Positions 1-9,903 of a stretch of DNA of 64,000 bases are shown in pieces. Origin of the DNA: an uncultured Desulfobulbus sp. (lineage in GTDB: Bacteria > Desulfobacterota > Desulfobulbia > Desulfobulbales > Desulfobulbaceae); assembly GCA_964639845.1 (NCBI GenBank), contig CAZXHS010000007.1, positions 140,940 to 204,939 on the forward strand, read 5' to 3'. The position numbers were made by a program, and so were the translations under genes. Each line of letters opens with the position of its first letter. Position 1 is the stretch's first letter. The notes below the pieces were generated by a model. The model saw nothing but the letters and a program-made list of their open reading frames with translations. It was not told the origin of the DNA and did no database searches.

Positions 1-1
1 G

Positions 2-1378
2 CAGTACGACGTCATTGTCATCGGTTCCGGCCTCGGCGGTCTCACCAGTGCCAATCGCCTGGCTGCGGCCGGACACTCGGTGCTGCTGCTGGAACATCAC
101 AGCCAACTCGGTGGCCTAGCCACCTGGTTCAAGCGCGGCGGTCACATCTTCGACGTCTCCCTGCACGGCTTTCCCTACGGCATGGTCAAAACCTGCAAGA
201 AATACTGGGGCAAGGCTATCCGCGACTCCATCGTCCAGCTCAATAACATTGTTTTCGATAACCCCCAGTTCTCGCTCACCACCACCTTCAGCAAGGAGGA
301 TTTCATCCGCATCCTCCAGGAGCATTTCGGTATCGAGCAGCGCGTGGTCGAGGACTTCTTTGCCACCGTCGATGGCATGAACTTCTATGACGATCAGGCC
401 CTGACCACCCGCGAGCTGTTCAACGAGTTTTTCCCCGGCCGCAGCGATGTCCACCGACTGCTGATGGAACCGATTACCTATGCCAACGGCTCCACCCTGG
501 ACGAGCCGGCCATCACCTACGGCATTGTTTTCTCGAATTTCATGAACCGCGGCGTGTTCACCTTCGAGGGCGGCACCGACAAACTGATCGGCCTGATGAG
601 CCGGGAGTTGCTCGATAAGGGGGTGGATATCTGCACTCATGCCCGGGTGGAGCGGGTGCTGATCGAGCATGGTGTCGCCACCGGGGTGGTGGTCAAGGAT
701 CGGACCATCAGGGCAGGTGCGGTCATCTCCAACGCCGGCATCACCAACACCATCGACCGGCTGGTGGGCCGGGAGCAGTTTGCCAAGGAGTTTTTGGGCC
801 GCTTTGGCAAGGTCAAGGTCAACAATTCCAGTTGCCAGGTCTACTTCGGCATTCGCAAGGGCGAGCAGATCGACGACATTGGCGATCTGCTCTTCACCTC
901 CACCGCCGAAGAATTTTCCTCCGAGGAGATGCGGCGCATGGACACCAAGAGCCGCACCTTTTCCCTCTACTATCCCCGGACCCGGCCCGACGCCCCACCC
1001 GATTACACCATCGTCGCCTCGATGAACGCCAACTACGACGACTGGGCCGCGCTCGACAAGGCCGCCTACCGCGAAGCTAAGGAGGCGATGATCGAGCGTT
1101 GCCTGGTGGATCTGGAGCGTTACATTCCCGGTGTCCGTGGCAAGATCGACACCATCGAGTCGGCCACCCCCAGGACCTTCCACCGCTACACCCTGCACAC
1201 CAAAGGGACCTCATTCGGCACCAAGTTCGAGGGGCTCGATATCTCCCGCTCCCTGCACAAGGAGATCGCCGGGCTCTTCCATGTCGGCTCGGTGGGCATC
1301 ATCATGAGTGGCTGGCTGGGGGCGATCAACTACGGGGTGATTGTGGCCAATGATGTGGATGGGTATTTGCGGGGGTAG
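2..1378 (+). CDS. Phytoene desaturase (CrtI)-like FAD-dependent oxidoreductase, 5'-truncated by the window edge
   Basis: Frame is open from base 2 ([32 protein letters not shown]...LGG), a GxGxxG FAD-binding motif. The C-terminus has CrtI-type TPRTF...GLFHVG. Confidence 0.8.
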   Translation, partial: QYDVIVIGSGLGGLTSANRLAAAGHSVLLLEHHSQLGGLATWFKRGGHIFDVSLHGFPYGMVKTCKKYWGKAIRDSIVQLNNIVFDNPQFSLTTTFSKEDFIRILQEHFGIEQRVVEDFFATVDGMNFYDDQALTTRELFNEFFPGRSDVHRLLMEPITYANGSTLDEPAITYGIVFSNFMNRGVFTFEGGTDKLIGLMSRELLDKGVDICTHARVERVLIEHGVATGVVVKDRTIRAGAVISNAGITNTIDRLVGREQFAKEFLGRFGKVKVNNSSCQVYFGIRKGEQIDDIGDLLFTSTAEEFSSEEMRRMDTKSRTFSLYYPRTRPDAPPDYTIVASMNANYDDWAALDKAAYREAKEAMIERCLVDLERYIPGVRGKIDTIESATPRTFHRYTLHTKGTSFGTKFEGLDISRSLHKEIAGLFHVGSVGIIMSGWLGAINYGVIVANDVDGYLRG

Positions 1379-1384
1379 CGGCCT

Positions 1385-2251
1385 TTGGACTCATTGCCAT
1401 CAACGCTCTACAAATATCTCGGACCTGAGCGTGTAGATGTCCTTACCAAGGGATTGATTCGTTACAGCCCGCTTGGCGCATTCAACGATCCCTTTGAGGG
1501 ACAGCCAGATATTAAAGAGTTGGCAACAGACGAGAAAATAAAGGAAGTATTTAAAACAATCTTGCCAGAGGAAGCGAAAAAATCGTATGAGAGCTTACCC
1601 TCTGAAGCAAAGACCATTCTTTCATATGAATTGTGGGAGCAGTTACTGGTTGAGCAGATGAAATCAAAAGAGGGATTTCTCCTTAATTTGATGAAAAATT
1701 CTGCGCCAATTGCCCAAAATTTATTGAGCAAAAAAATTAATAAATACCTTGGTGCATTTTGCCTCTCTGAAGTTCCTGATAGTCTCTTGATGTGGGCCCA
1801 TTATGGTGCAAGCCATGCCGGTTTTGTACTCGGGTTTGACGCGCAACATCCCTACTTTCATGAGGAAAAATACCCTTCCGATGAATTCAGGCACTTGCGC
1901 CGTGTTGTCTACCGCGAGGCTAGACCTAGCGCAGCACTCGCTGATATTAATGGAGTAGACAATTTCTTGGTTAAAAGCGGCCATTGGGCTTATGAGCGTG
2001 AATGGAGAATTTTTCGACCGCTTTCCGAAGCAGCTGTCGTGCATGATGGAGAATCGTTTGATGTTCATTTGTTTCATTATCCACCAGACGCATTACAAAC
2101 AGTCATTGTTGGAGCGCGAGCATCTACTCAAACAATTCAGATTATAAAATCAATAGTTAGATCAATGGATGAGCTGAGTCATGTTCGCTTGAGGTTAGCA
2201 AGGCCAGATGATTCGCATTTTCTGTTGCGTATACATGATGAAATTGCCTGA
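1385..2251 (+). CDS. DUF2971-family protein
   Basis: Motifs LYKY, FNDPFE, LMWAHYGASHAGFVLGFD and K..W.YEREWR match DUF2971. DNA is visibly AT-richer than the flanks. Confidence 0.75.
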   Translation: MDSLPSTLYKYLGPERVDVLTKGLIRYSPLGAFNDPFEGQPDIKELATDEKIKEVFKTILPEEAKKSYESLPSEAKTILSYELWEQLLVEQMKSKEGFLLNLMKNSAPIAQNLLSKKINKYLGAFCLSEVPDSLLMWAHYGASHAGFVLGFDAQHPYFHEEKYPSDEFRHLRRVVYREARPSAALADINGVDNFLVKSGHWAYEREWRIFRPLSEAAVVHDGESFDVHLFHYPPDALQTVIVGARASTQTIQIIKSIVRSMDELSHVRLRLARPDDSHFLLRIHDEIA

Positions 2252-2286
2252 TCTGCCAATATATCGAAATATGGTTGAGGGAAACA

Positions 2287-3027
2287 ATGCTCGAATTTGA
2301 AGGAAAAAAAGCCCTCGTCACCGGCGCCACCCGCGGCATCGGTCGGGCCATCACCGAGGCCCTGCTTGATCAGGGGGCAACGATTGTCGGACTCTACGGC
2401 GGCAATCAAGCAGCGGCTGCGGCCATGCAAGCGGACTGCGCCCAGTTCGGTGATCGTCTGCACTTGCAGCAACTCGATGTCAGTGACTACCAGGCGGTGG
2501 CCACCTTCTTTGCCCAATTGGAAACTACCTGGGAGACCCTCGATATCCTGGTCAATAACGCCGGCATTCGCCGTGATGCGGTGTTGCCGATGATGAAGGA
2601 GGAGGACTGGCGGCGGGTCATCGATGTCAATCTCACCGGTGGCTACATCATGGCCAAGTTTGCCGTGCCGATGATGATGGCCCAGAAGTATGGCCGCATC
2701 CTCTTCGTCACCTCGCCCATGGGGCATCTGGGGTTTGCCGGCCAGGCTAATTACGCCGCCTCCAAGGCCGGGCAGGTCGGGTTGATGAAATCGCTCTCCA
2801 AGGAGGTGGCCAAGCGCAAGATCACCGTCAACTGCGTCTCCCCCGGCTTCATTGCCACCGATTTGATTGATGATCTCCCTGAGGCCCAGGTCAAGGAATA
2901 CAAGAAAATGGTGCCCGCCAACCGTTTCGGAAGCCCGGCTGAGGTGGCCGAGGCCGCGATTTTTTTGCTCAGCGACCGGGCCGCCTATATCAACGGCGCC
3001 GTGCTGGAGATCACCGGCGGACTGTGA
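2287..3027 (+). CDS. fabG: 3-oxoacyl-ACP reductase
   Basis: TGATRGIG, NNAGI, GQANYAASK and VSPGFI SDR motifs. Confidence 0.85.
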   Translation: MLEFEGKKALVTGATRGIGRAITEALLDQGATIVGLYGGNQAAAAAMQADCAQFGDRLHLQQLDVSDYQAVATFFAQLETTWETLDILVNNAGIRRDAVLPMMKEEDWRRVIDVNLTGGYIMAKFAVPMMMAQKYGRILFVTSPMGHLGFAGQANYAASKAGQVGLMKSLSKEVAKRKITVNCVSPGFIATDLIDDLPEAQVKEYKKMVPANRFGSPAEVAEAAIFLLSDRAAYINGAVLEITGGL

Positions 3028-3467
3028 TGATCGATCCCTTCATCCTCAAGCATCTGCCGCACCGGCCTCCCTTTCTCTGGCTGGACCGGGTGGTGGACAT
3101 TACCGAGACCTCGATCCGTGCTGAAAAAGTGCTGGAGGCGGAGTTGGATATCTTCCGTGGCCATTATCCCGACTACCCGTTGATGCCCGGTGTACTGCTC
3201 TGCGAGGCGGTGTTCCAGGCCGGAGCTCTGCTCATCGGCCAGTGTCTACAGGCGGGGGAGGGGAGTGGGCAGCAGGGTGGGGTACCAGTACTGACCCGCA
3301 TTTTAGGGGCCAAGTTCAAGCGCGAGGTGCGGCCCGGCGACACCTTGGAGATTGCCGCGCACCTGGTGGAGCGCATGGGGCCAGCCTGGATCATGAAGGG
3401 TTCGGTGCGGGTGGCTGGTAAATTGGCGGTGCAGGTAGAATTTGCCTGCGCGCGCAAGGAGGGCTAG
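3024..3467 (+). CDS. fabZ: 3-hydroxyacyl-ACP dehydratase (FabZ family)
   Basis: [13 protein letters not shown] and [17 protein letters not shown] hot-dog motifs. Confidence 0.85.
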   Translation: MMIDPFILKHLPHRPPFLWLDRVVDITETSIRAEKVLEAELDIFRGHYPDYPLMPGVLLCEAVFQAGALLIGQCLQAGEGSGQQGGVPVLTRILGAKFKREVRPGDTLEIAAHLVERMGPAWIMKGSVRVAGKLAVQVEFACARKEG

Positions 3468-4267
3468 TGGATTTTTTGGGACTTGCCGGAAAAACAATCG
3501 TCGTCTTTGGCCTGGCCAACAAGAAGTCGGTGGCCTGTGCCATAGCGCGGGTGCTGGTAGCGGCCGGGGCGCGGGTGATTCATGTGGTGCGCAGCGAGCA
3601 GCGGGCGGAAACGGCCAGCAAACTCTTCCCGCAGAGCCCGATCTTCTGCTGCGATGTTGAGGAAGAGGCCAACATCATCCGTGCCCGCGATGCCATCGCC
3701 GCCCAATTGAGCGAGCCCATCGACGGCATTGTGCACTCCATTGCCTTTGCCAACTATTCCGAAGGCATGCGGCCCTTCCATGAAACCCCGAAACGGGATT
3801 TTCTCCAGGCCCTGGACATCTCCTGCTTTTCCTTCATCTCCATTGCCAATCATTTCAAGGAGCTGTTGGCCCGGCAGGCCTCGCTGGTGACCATCTCCAT
3901 CTCTTCCACCCGCATGGCGGCGGAGAATTACGGTTATATGGGGCCGGTCAAGGCGGCGCTGGAATCCTCGCTCTGCTTTTTGGCCAAGAGTTTTTCCGCC
4001 TTCTCCGAGGCCCGCTTCAACGCCGTCTGTCCCGGCCTGCTCAAGACCTCGGCCTCGGCGGGCATTCCCGGTTATATCGACTCCTACCTCTATGCCGAAC
4101 AGGCCACCCTGCGCAAACAGGCGGTGCAGACCGAAGAGGCGGCCAATGTGGCGGCCTTTCTCCTGTCGCCGCGTTCCTCGGGTATGACCGGCCAGTGTTT
4201 GGTGGTCGATGCGGGCATGGGCATGAATTATTTTGATGCCGGCATCATTGGCCGGGTGGTGCGTTGA
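3467..4267 (+). CDS. fabI: Enoyl-ACP reductase, FabI-like
   Basis: [16 protein letters not shown] and YxxMxxxK ([12 protein letters not shown]). Confidence 0.75.
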   Translation: MDFLGLAGKTIVVFGLANKKSVACAIARVLVAAGARVIHVVRSEQRAETASKLFPQSPIFCCDVEEEANIIRARDAIAAQLSEPIDGIVHSIAFANYSEGMRPFHETPKRDFLQALDISCFSFISIANHFKELLARQASLVTISISSTRMAAENYGYMGPVKAALESSLCFLAKSFSAFSEARFNAVCPGLLKTSASAGIPGYIDSYLYAEQATLRKQAVQTEEAANVAAFLLSPRSSGMTGQCLVVDAGMGMNYFDAGIIGRVVR

Positions 4268-4276
4268 GGATTGCCG

Positions 4277-4519
4277 ATGTCGTTGCCGCCGCCCCTTGAT
4301 CGTTTCTGGCAGATGCTTGTGCATGCCAAGGCGGTCTTTCTCTCCCCGACCACGCCGCTGTATGTGAAAATCATCCTGGCCGCCGGCCTGCTCTATGCCA
4401 TCTCCCCCTATGACCTTATCCCGGAATGGGTGCCGGTGCTGGGGGTGATGGATGATCTGGCTCTGGCAGCGTTGCTCATCGCCTGGGCCAACAGTTTTTC
4501 CCTTCCGGGCAAGCAATGA
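4277..4519 (+). CDS. DUF1232 (YkvA-family) small membrane protein
   Basis: YAISPYDLIPEWVPVLGVMDD signature. Confidence 0.8.
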   Translation: MSLPPPLDRFWQMLVHAKAVFLSPTTPLYVKIILAAGLLYAISPYDLIPEWVPVLGVMDDLALAALLIAWANSFSLPGKQ

Positions 4520-4558
4520 CCGGCGTGTTCAAGGTTTCTGAAATCCATTCATAAAAAC

Positions 4559-5593
4559 ATGCGTTATACCAAGGTTTGCCTGCACGAATTCGGCTATCAC
4601 CTGCCGCCCATCGAACTCTCCTCCGCAGCCATTGAGGAGCAGTTGCAGCCGCTCTATGCGCGGCTGAAACTCCCGGCTGGCCGTTTGGAATTGATGACCG
4701 GTATCAACACCCGTCGTCTGTGGCCTCCGGGCACCCGCCCCAGCGAAGGAGCCGCCGCCGCCGGCGAGGCCGCATTGACCAAGGCCGGCATCAGGCGAGA
4801 GGACATTGGTTGCCTGCTCTTTACCTCGGTGAGCCGTGACATGATGGAGCCGTCAACGGCCTCCTTTGTCCACCGCAGCCTCGGTTTGCCGGAGTCCTGC
4901 CTGCTCTTTGACATCTCCAATGCCTGCCTGGGTTTTTTGGATGGCATGGTGATGCTGGCCAATATGATCGAGTTGGGGCAACTCAAGGCCGGGCTGGTGG
5001 TGGCCGGTGAGACTGCCGAGGATCTGATCAACTCCACCCTGCGCCATCTGCTTGCTGATACCAGCCTCACCCGCAAATCGATCAAACCACTCTTTGCCTC
5101 GCTGACCATCGGCTCGGGCGCGGTGGCCCTGGTGATGACGGCCCGTGATTTTCAGGAGACCGGGCATTATCTTAGCGGCGGCGGTTATGCCGCCAATACC
5201 CGCCACAACGATCTCTGCCAGGGCGGCCAGAACGCCGAGCAAGGCACGCTGATGTCGACCGACTCCGAACTGTTGTTGGAAAAGGGCATCGAGACGGCCG
5301 CCACCTGCTGGCAGTCCTTTATCGACGAGTTGGGCTGGAGCAAAGAGAGCATCGACCGCTTCTTCTGCCACCAGGTGGGCCGGGCCCATGCCCAGTTGCT
5401 CTTTTCGACCCTGGAGCTTGATCCGGCCAAAAATTTCGAGACCCTGCCGATCCTGGGCAATGTCGGTTCGGTTTCCGCACCGATCACCATGGCCATGGGC
5501 ATTGAACAGGGTGCGCTTGTGGCCGGGCAACGGGCGGCCCTGCTCGGCATCGGCTCGGGCATCAACTCGCTGATGCTAGGCATTGAGTGGTAA
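4559..5593 (+). CDS. oleA: OleA thiolase/KASIII-like acyl condensing enzyme
   Basis: EPSTA, NACLG (catalytic Cys), HQVG, GNVGS and GIGSG motifs; first gene of the oleABCD run. Confidence 0.85.
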   Translation: MRYTKVCLHEFGYHLPPIELSSAAIEEQLQPLYARLKLPAGRLELMTGINTRRLWPPGTRPSEGAAAAGEAALTKAGIRREDIGCLLFTSVSRDMMEPSTASFVHRSLGLPESCLLFDISNACLGFLDGMVMLANMIELGQLKAGLVVAGETAEDLINSTLRHLLADTSLTRKSIKPLFASLTIGSGAVALVMTARDFQETGHYLSGGGYAANTRHNDLCQGGQNAEQGTLMSTDSELLLEKGIETAATCWQSFIDELGWSKESIDRFFCHQVGRAHAQLLFSTLELDPAKNFETLPILGNVGSVSAPITMAMGIEQGALVAGQRAALLGIGSGINSLMLGIEW

Positions 5594-6477
5594 TGGATAT
5601 GCAATCGCTTGCCGAGTATCCCTTCCAGCCCCGGTATTTTTCGGTCGATGGCCATCGGCTCGCCTATCTCGACCAGGGGCAGGGACTGCCGGTGGTGATG
5701 GTCCATGGCAACCCGTCCTGGTCCTATCTCTACCGCAATCTGGTGGCGCATCTGCAAGGCCGCTATCGCTGCATCGTCCCTGATCATCTCGGCTGCGGTT
5801 TCTCCGATAAACCGCAGGGCTATCCGTACCGGCTGGCCAATCACCTGGACAATCTTGAGCGTTTGCTCGATAGCCTGGCCATTAAGCGCTGCGTGCTGGT
5901 GGTCCACGACTGGGGCGGCGCCATTGGTATGGGCTGGGCCGGCCGGCATGCCGATCGCGTCGCCGGAGTGGTGGTGCTCAACACCGCCGCCTTTCGTTCA
6001 CCCCTCATGCCGCTGCGTATCGCCGTCTGCCGCTGGCCGTTGCTGGGCAAGGTGCTGGTGCGCGGGCTCAATGGTTTTGCCGGGGCTGCCATCTTCATGG
6101 CTGTGGCCAAACGGATGCGGCCGGAGGTGGCACAAAGTTTCCTTGCTCCCTACAATTCGTGGCGCAACCGCATTGCCGTGCATCGCTTTGTGCAGGATAT
6201 CCCCATGAAACCCACCCACCCCTCCTGGTCGACCCTGGTGGCCGTCGAGGAGGGGCTTTGCCATCTCCAGCAGGTACCGATGCTGCTCTGCTGGGGTGGC
6301 CGGGATTTCTGTTTCAATGATTGGTTTTATGAGCAGTGGCAGCGTCGCTTTCCCCAGGCCGAAGCCCATTATTATAAAGACGCCGGTCACTATGTGCTGG
6401 AGGATGCCCTGGAGGAGATCGCGCCGCTGGTGGATCGGTTTCTTGATCAAACGCTCGGCGGGAGCCCTGGGGTATGA
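5593..6477 (+). CDS. oleB: OleB alpha/beta hydrolase (beta-lactone decarboxylase, haloalkane-dehalogenase-like)
   Basis: HGNPSWS, HDWGG and GHYVLED motifs; lies between oleA and oleC. Confidence 0.85.
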   Translation: MDMQSLAEYPFQPRYFSVDGHRLAYLDQGQGLPVVMVHGNPSWSYLYRNLVAHLQGRYRCIVPDHLGCGFSDKPQGYPYRLANHLDNLERLLDSLAIKRCVLVVHDWGGAIGMGWAGRHADRVAGVVVLNTAAFRSPLMPLRIAVCRWPLLGKVLVRGLNGFAGAAIFMAVAKRMRPEVAQSFLAPYNSWRNRIAVHRFVQDIPMKPTHPSWSTLVAVEEGLCHLQQVPMLLCWGGRDFCFNDWFYEQWQRRFPQAEAHYYKDAGHYVLEDALEEIAPLVDRFLDQTLGGSPGV

Positions 6478-8096
6478 ACGATTGCAACATCGCCACTGCG
6501 CTGCATGCCTCCGCTACCCGCCTGGGGGACCATGTGGCGCTCACAGCCCTGGACGGTGGCCGCTGGCACCAGTGGAGCTTCACCCAACTGGACGCCAACA
6601 GTAACGGCTTTGCTGCCGCCCTTGGCCAACGCGGGGTACAGCGCGGTGATCGGGTCATGCTCATGGTGCGGCCGTCGATGGAGTTTGTCTGTTTGACCTT
6701 TGCCCTGTTTCAACTCGGCGCTGTAGTGATCCTCATCGATCCGGGCATGGGCTATAAAAATCTGCTGCGCTGCATTGGCGCAGTCCGGCCCGATATCCTG
6801 GTGGGGATCAGCCCCGCGATCTGGTTCAGCCGTCTCTTTCGCCGGCCCTTTGCCTCGGTGCGTTGCCGCATTCGTGTTGGTCGCGGGTTGCCGGGATCAG
6901 GCAATGGATTGCAACCTTTGCCAGGAAGGGAACTGCCCCCATTTATTGCCGCCGACAGTGACCTGGCTGCCATCATCTTCACCACCGGTTCCACCGGCCC
7001 GCCCAAGGGCGTGGAATACACCCATGGTATCTTTCACACCCAGTTGCGGCTGATCCGCGACTCTTTTGGCATCGGTGAGGGCGATATTGACCAGCCGGGC
7101 TTTCCCCTCTTTGGCCTCTTTGCCACCGCCCTCGGCGCCCAGGCGGTGATCCCGGATATGGATCCCACCCGACCGGCCCAGGTGGATGCACGCAAATTTG
7201 TCGAGACGATCATCAACTACCAGGTCACCTATTCCTTCGGCTCTCCGGCCATCTGGAATGTGGTCAGCCGTTATTGTCAGGCGCAGGGAATCGTTCTGCC
7301 GGTGCGCAAGGTGCTGATGGCCGGAGCTCCGGTAGCGGGGGAGTTGGTTGAGCGCGTCCAAAAAGTATTGCCGCCGGATGCCCGAATATTCACCCCCTAC
7401 GGAGCCACCGAAAGTCTGCCGGTGGCCGTTATTGAAGGACAGGAGATTGTCGCGCAGACCTGGCCACTCACCCGTCTTGGTCATGGGGCCTGTGTTGGTC
7501 GCGCATTGCCGGAGATGGCACTGAAGATCATCGAACCCATTGATGGGGTGATCAAGGCGTGGTCGGAGGTCTGCGAGCTGCCAGTAAATACCATTGGCGA
7601 GATCGTCGTGCGCGGACCGGTGGTCACCCGCGCCTATGCCGGTAATGAGGCGGAGACACGACTGGCAAAAATAGCTGATGGACAAGGTTTCTGGCACCGT
7701 ATGGGCGACATGGGCTACCTGGATGAGCTGGGGCGGCTATGGTTCTGCGGTCGCAAGGCCCATCGGGTTGCCACCGCGCACGGCATGCTCTATACCATCT
7801 GCTGCGAGGCCATCTTCAACGAACATCCCTTGGTTCGCCGCTCCGCCCTGGTTGGGCTCGACGATTGGGGTCAGCAGGTCCCAGTGGTCTTGGTCGAACC
7901 GGTCCAAAAAATCCACAACGAGCAGCAGTTCTTCAGTGAACTGCGCCAACTCGCCTTGGCCAACGCGTTGACAACACAGATTGAACAATTCCTGGTCCAT
8001 CCCGGATTCCCCGTGGATATTCGCCATAATGCCAAGATCTTTCGCGAACAACTCGCCGGTTGGGCTGCCAAACGGGTGCAGTTGCCCTGCGGCTGA
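6474..8096 (+). CDS. oleC: OleC AMP-forming beta-lactone synthetase
   Basis: FTTGSTGPPKG, PYGATE, HRMGDMGY and FPVDIRHNAKIFRE. Confidence 0.85.
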   Translation: MNDCNIATALHASATRLGDHVALTALDGGRWHQWSFTQLDANSNGFAAALGQRGVQRGDRVMLMVRPSMEFVCLTFALFQLGAVVILIDPGMGYKNLLRCIGAVRPDILVGISPAIWFSRLFRRPFASVRCRIRVGRGLPGSGNGLQPLPGRELPPFIAADSDLAAIIFTTGSTGPPKGVEYTHGIFHTQLRLIRDSFGIGEGDIDQPGFPLFGLFATALGAQAVIPDMDPTRPAQVDARKFVETIINYQVTYSFGSPAIWNVVSRYCQAQGIVLPVRKVLMAGAPVAGELVERVQKVLPPDARIFTPYGATESLPVAVIEGQEIVAQTWPLTRLGHGACVGRALPEMALKIIEPIDGVIKAWSEVCELPVNTIGEIVVRGPVVTRAYAGNEAETRLAKIADGQGFWHRMGDMGYLDELGRLWFCGRKAHRVATAHGMLYTICCEAIFNEHPLVRRSALVGLDDWGQQVPVVLVEPVQKIHNEQQFFSELRQLALANALTTQIEQFLVHPGFPVDIRHNAKIFREQLAGWAAKRVQLPCG

Positions 8097-8145
8097 TGAG
8101 TGATTGTCCTTCCGGGCGAGGGACGAAGAACAAGGAGACAACCAC

Positions 8146-9147
8146 ATGACCCTCGCAGGCAAGATAGCGGTCACCGGCGGCGGCGGCTTCATCGGCAAGG
8201 CCATCGTCAAGGCCCTGGTGCAGCAGGATTGCCAGGTAGTGGTCATCGGTCGCAACCCCTATCCTGATCTGCTGGCGATTGGCGTCGATTGCCGGCAAGG
8301 AGATATCCGTGACCGCCGCTTTCTTGAGGCAACCTTTGCCGGCTGCACCACTGTTTTTCATGTGGCAGCCAAGGCCGGAATCTGGGGACCACGTCATGAA
8401 TATTTTGCCATCAACACTGTAGGCACCGAAAATGTACTGGCTGCCTGTCGCGAAAACGGCGTGCGCCAGTTGGTCTATACGTCCACCCCCTCGGTGGTCT
8501 TTGATCGCTGCGATATCAATGGTGGTGATGAGTCACTGCCCTATGCCCGCAAAACGCTCTGTCACTATGCGGCCTCGAAAATCGCCGCCGAGCGCGCTGT
8601 GCTCCAGGCCAATGATGACCAGTTGCACACCGTGGCCATCCGGCCGCACCTGGTCTGGGGACCAGGTGATCAGCACCTCATTCCCCGCCTGTTGGAGCGG
8701 GGCAGGGCAGGGGAACTGAAGATTGTCGGCAATGGTCAAAACCGGGTCGACATCGCCTATATCGATAATGTTGTTCATGCCCATCTTCTGGCTGCCGAAA
8801 ACCTTCAGGATTCGTATACCGCAGCTGGCCAGGCTTTTTTTATCGGACAACAGCAACCGGTACGACTGTGGGAGTGGATCAACACCTTGTTTGGGCAGAT
8901 GGGCATTGCCCAAATCGCCAGTCGGATTCCCTTTCCATTGGCCTATGCTGTCGGTGCATTGCTGGAAGGTGCATCCACCTTGGTGAGATCGACAAATGAG
9001 CCCCGCATGACCAGATTTCTCGCCCATCAGTTGGCTCACAGCCACTGGTTTCATCACCAACGTGCCGAGCAGATTCTCGGCTATCAGGAGCAGGTGACGA
9101 CCGAGGCGGGAATGGAACGGTTACTTGCCTGGCTGTGGACAAGATGA
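8146..9147 (+). CDS. oleD: OleD NAD(P)-dependent 3-beta-HSD-like reductase
   Basis: TGGGGFIG, HVAAKAGIWG, YTSTPSV, YAASK and RPHLVWGPGD. Confidence 0.85.
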   Translation: MTLAGKIAVTGGGGFIGKAIVKALVQQDCQVVVIGRNPYPDLLAIGVDCRQGDIRDRRFLEATFAGCTTVFHVAAKAGIWGPRHEYFAINTVGTENVLAACRENGVRQLVYTSTPSVVFDRCDINGGDESLPYARKTLCHYAASKIAAERAVLQANDDQLHTVAIRPHLVWGPGDQHLIPRLLERGRAGELKIVGNGQNRVDIAYIDNVVHAHLLAAENLQDSYTAAGQAFFIGQQQPVRLWEWINTLFGQMGIAQIASRIPFPLAYAVGALLEGASTLVRSTNEPRMTRFLAHQLAHSHWFHHQRAEQILGYQEQVTTEAGMERLLAWLWTR

Positions 9148-9365
9148 AGGGAGCCCCAAGGGGTAAAACTTGGTGCGGGGGAGTGCATTTTGGGTTGGCA
9201 TGCATGAGGCGATACGCTATTTTGCCGTAGCTGTACAGTCTGGTCGCTGCCGTCTCAAAACGCGCATTTGAGCACTGTTTAGGGACAATATGCCCCTGAA
9301 AAACGTCTTGCAGCCGGGTGAAACAAGCATAACTGAAAAATCCTATAAATATAATTTAAAAAGGT

Positions 9366-9400
9366 TTGACAGGGGATGGATTTTTCAGTAGTTATCCACA
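9366..9400 (+). promoter_or_regulatory. Putative sigma70 promoter of the atp operon, overlapping a consensus DnaA box
   Basis: TTGACA at 9366-9371, 17-nt spacer, weak -10 TAGTTA; TTATCCACA at 9392-9400; AT-rich upstream. Confidence 0.45.
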
Positions 9401-9471
9401 GCGGAAGATGAACCGCCATTCACTTGTATTGGCGACAATTTGCCATATTTCATGTTACGAGGGGTAGTTAA

Positions 9472-9903
9472 ATGATTTCGGTTGATGTCACGCTATTGAT
9501 GCACATTGTCAACATGGTTGTATTGATGTTTGTCCTCAATGCAATTCTGTACAAGCCTGTCCTGGGAATCCTGGAAAAACGGGCGCAGAAAATCGAATCG
9601 CTTAACGGCGATGTTACCCAATTTGAGCAAAACGCCCGTCAACGGCAGGCTGAGCTGGATCAAAAGATGCGTGAAGCCAGCAACAAGGCCAAGAAGGCCC
9701 TGGATGGCGCTCGCGCCCAGGCCCAGAGTGCCGGTGCTGAGAAGTTGGCCGTTATTCGCAAGGAATCCGATGGGTTGAAAGAGAAACAACTGGCCGACCT
9801 GCGATCACAGGTTGAGGTGGCCAGGAAGGAGCTTGAGGGAAATGCCGCGGGGTTCGCCCAGGCAATGGCAGGAAAGATACTTGGAAGGAGTCTGGAAGCA
9901 TGA
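9472..9903 (+). CDS. ATP synthase F0 subunit b'
   Basis: N-terminal TM, LYKPVLGILEKR motif and coiled coil; first gene of the atp operon. Confidence 0.85.
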   Translation: MISVDVTLLMHIVNMVVLMFVLNAILYKPVLGILEKRAQKIESLNGDVTQFEQNARQRQAELDQKMREASNKAKKALDGARAQAQSAGAEKLAVIRKESDGLKEKQLADLRSQVEVARKELEGNAAGFAQAMAGKILGRSLEA

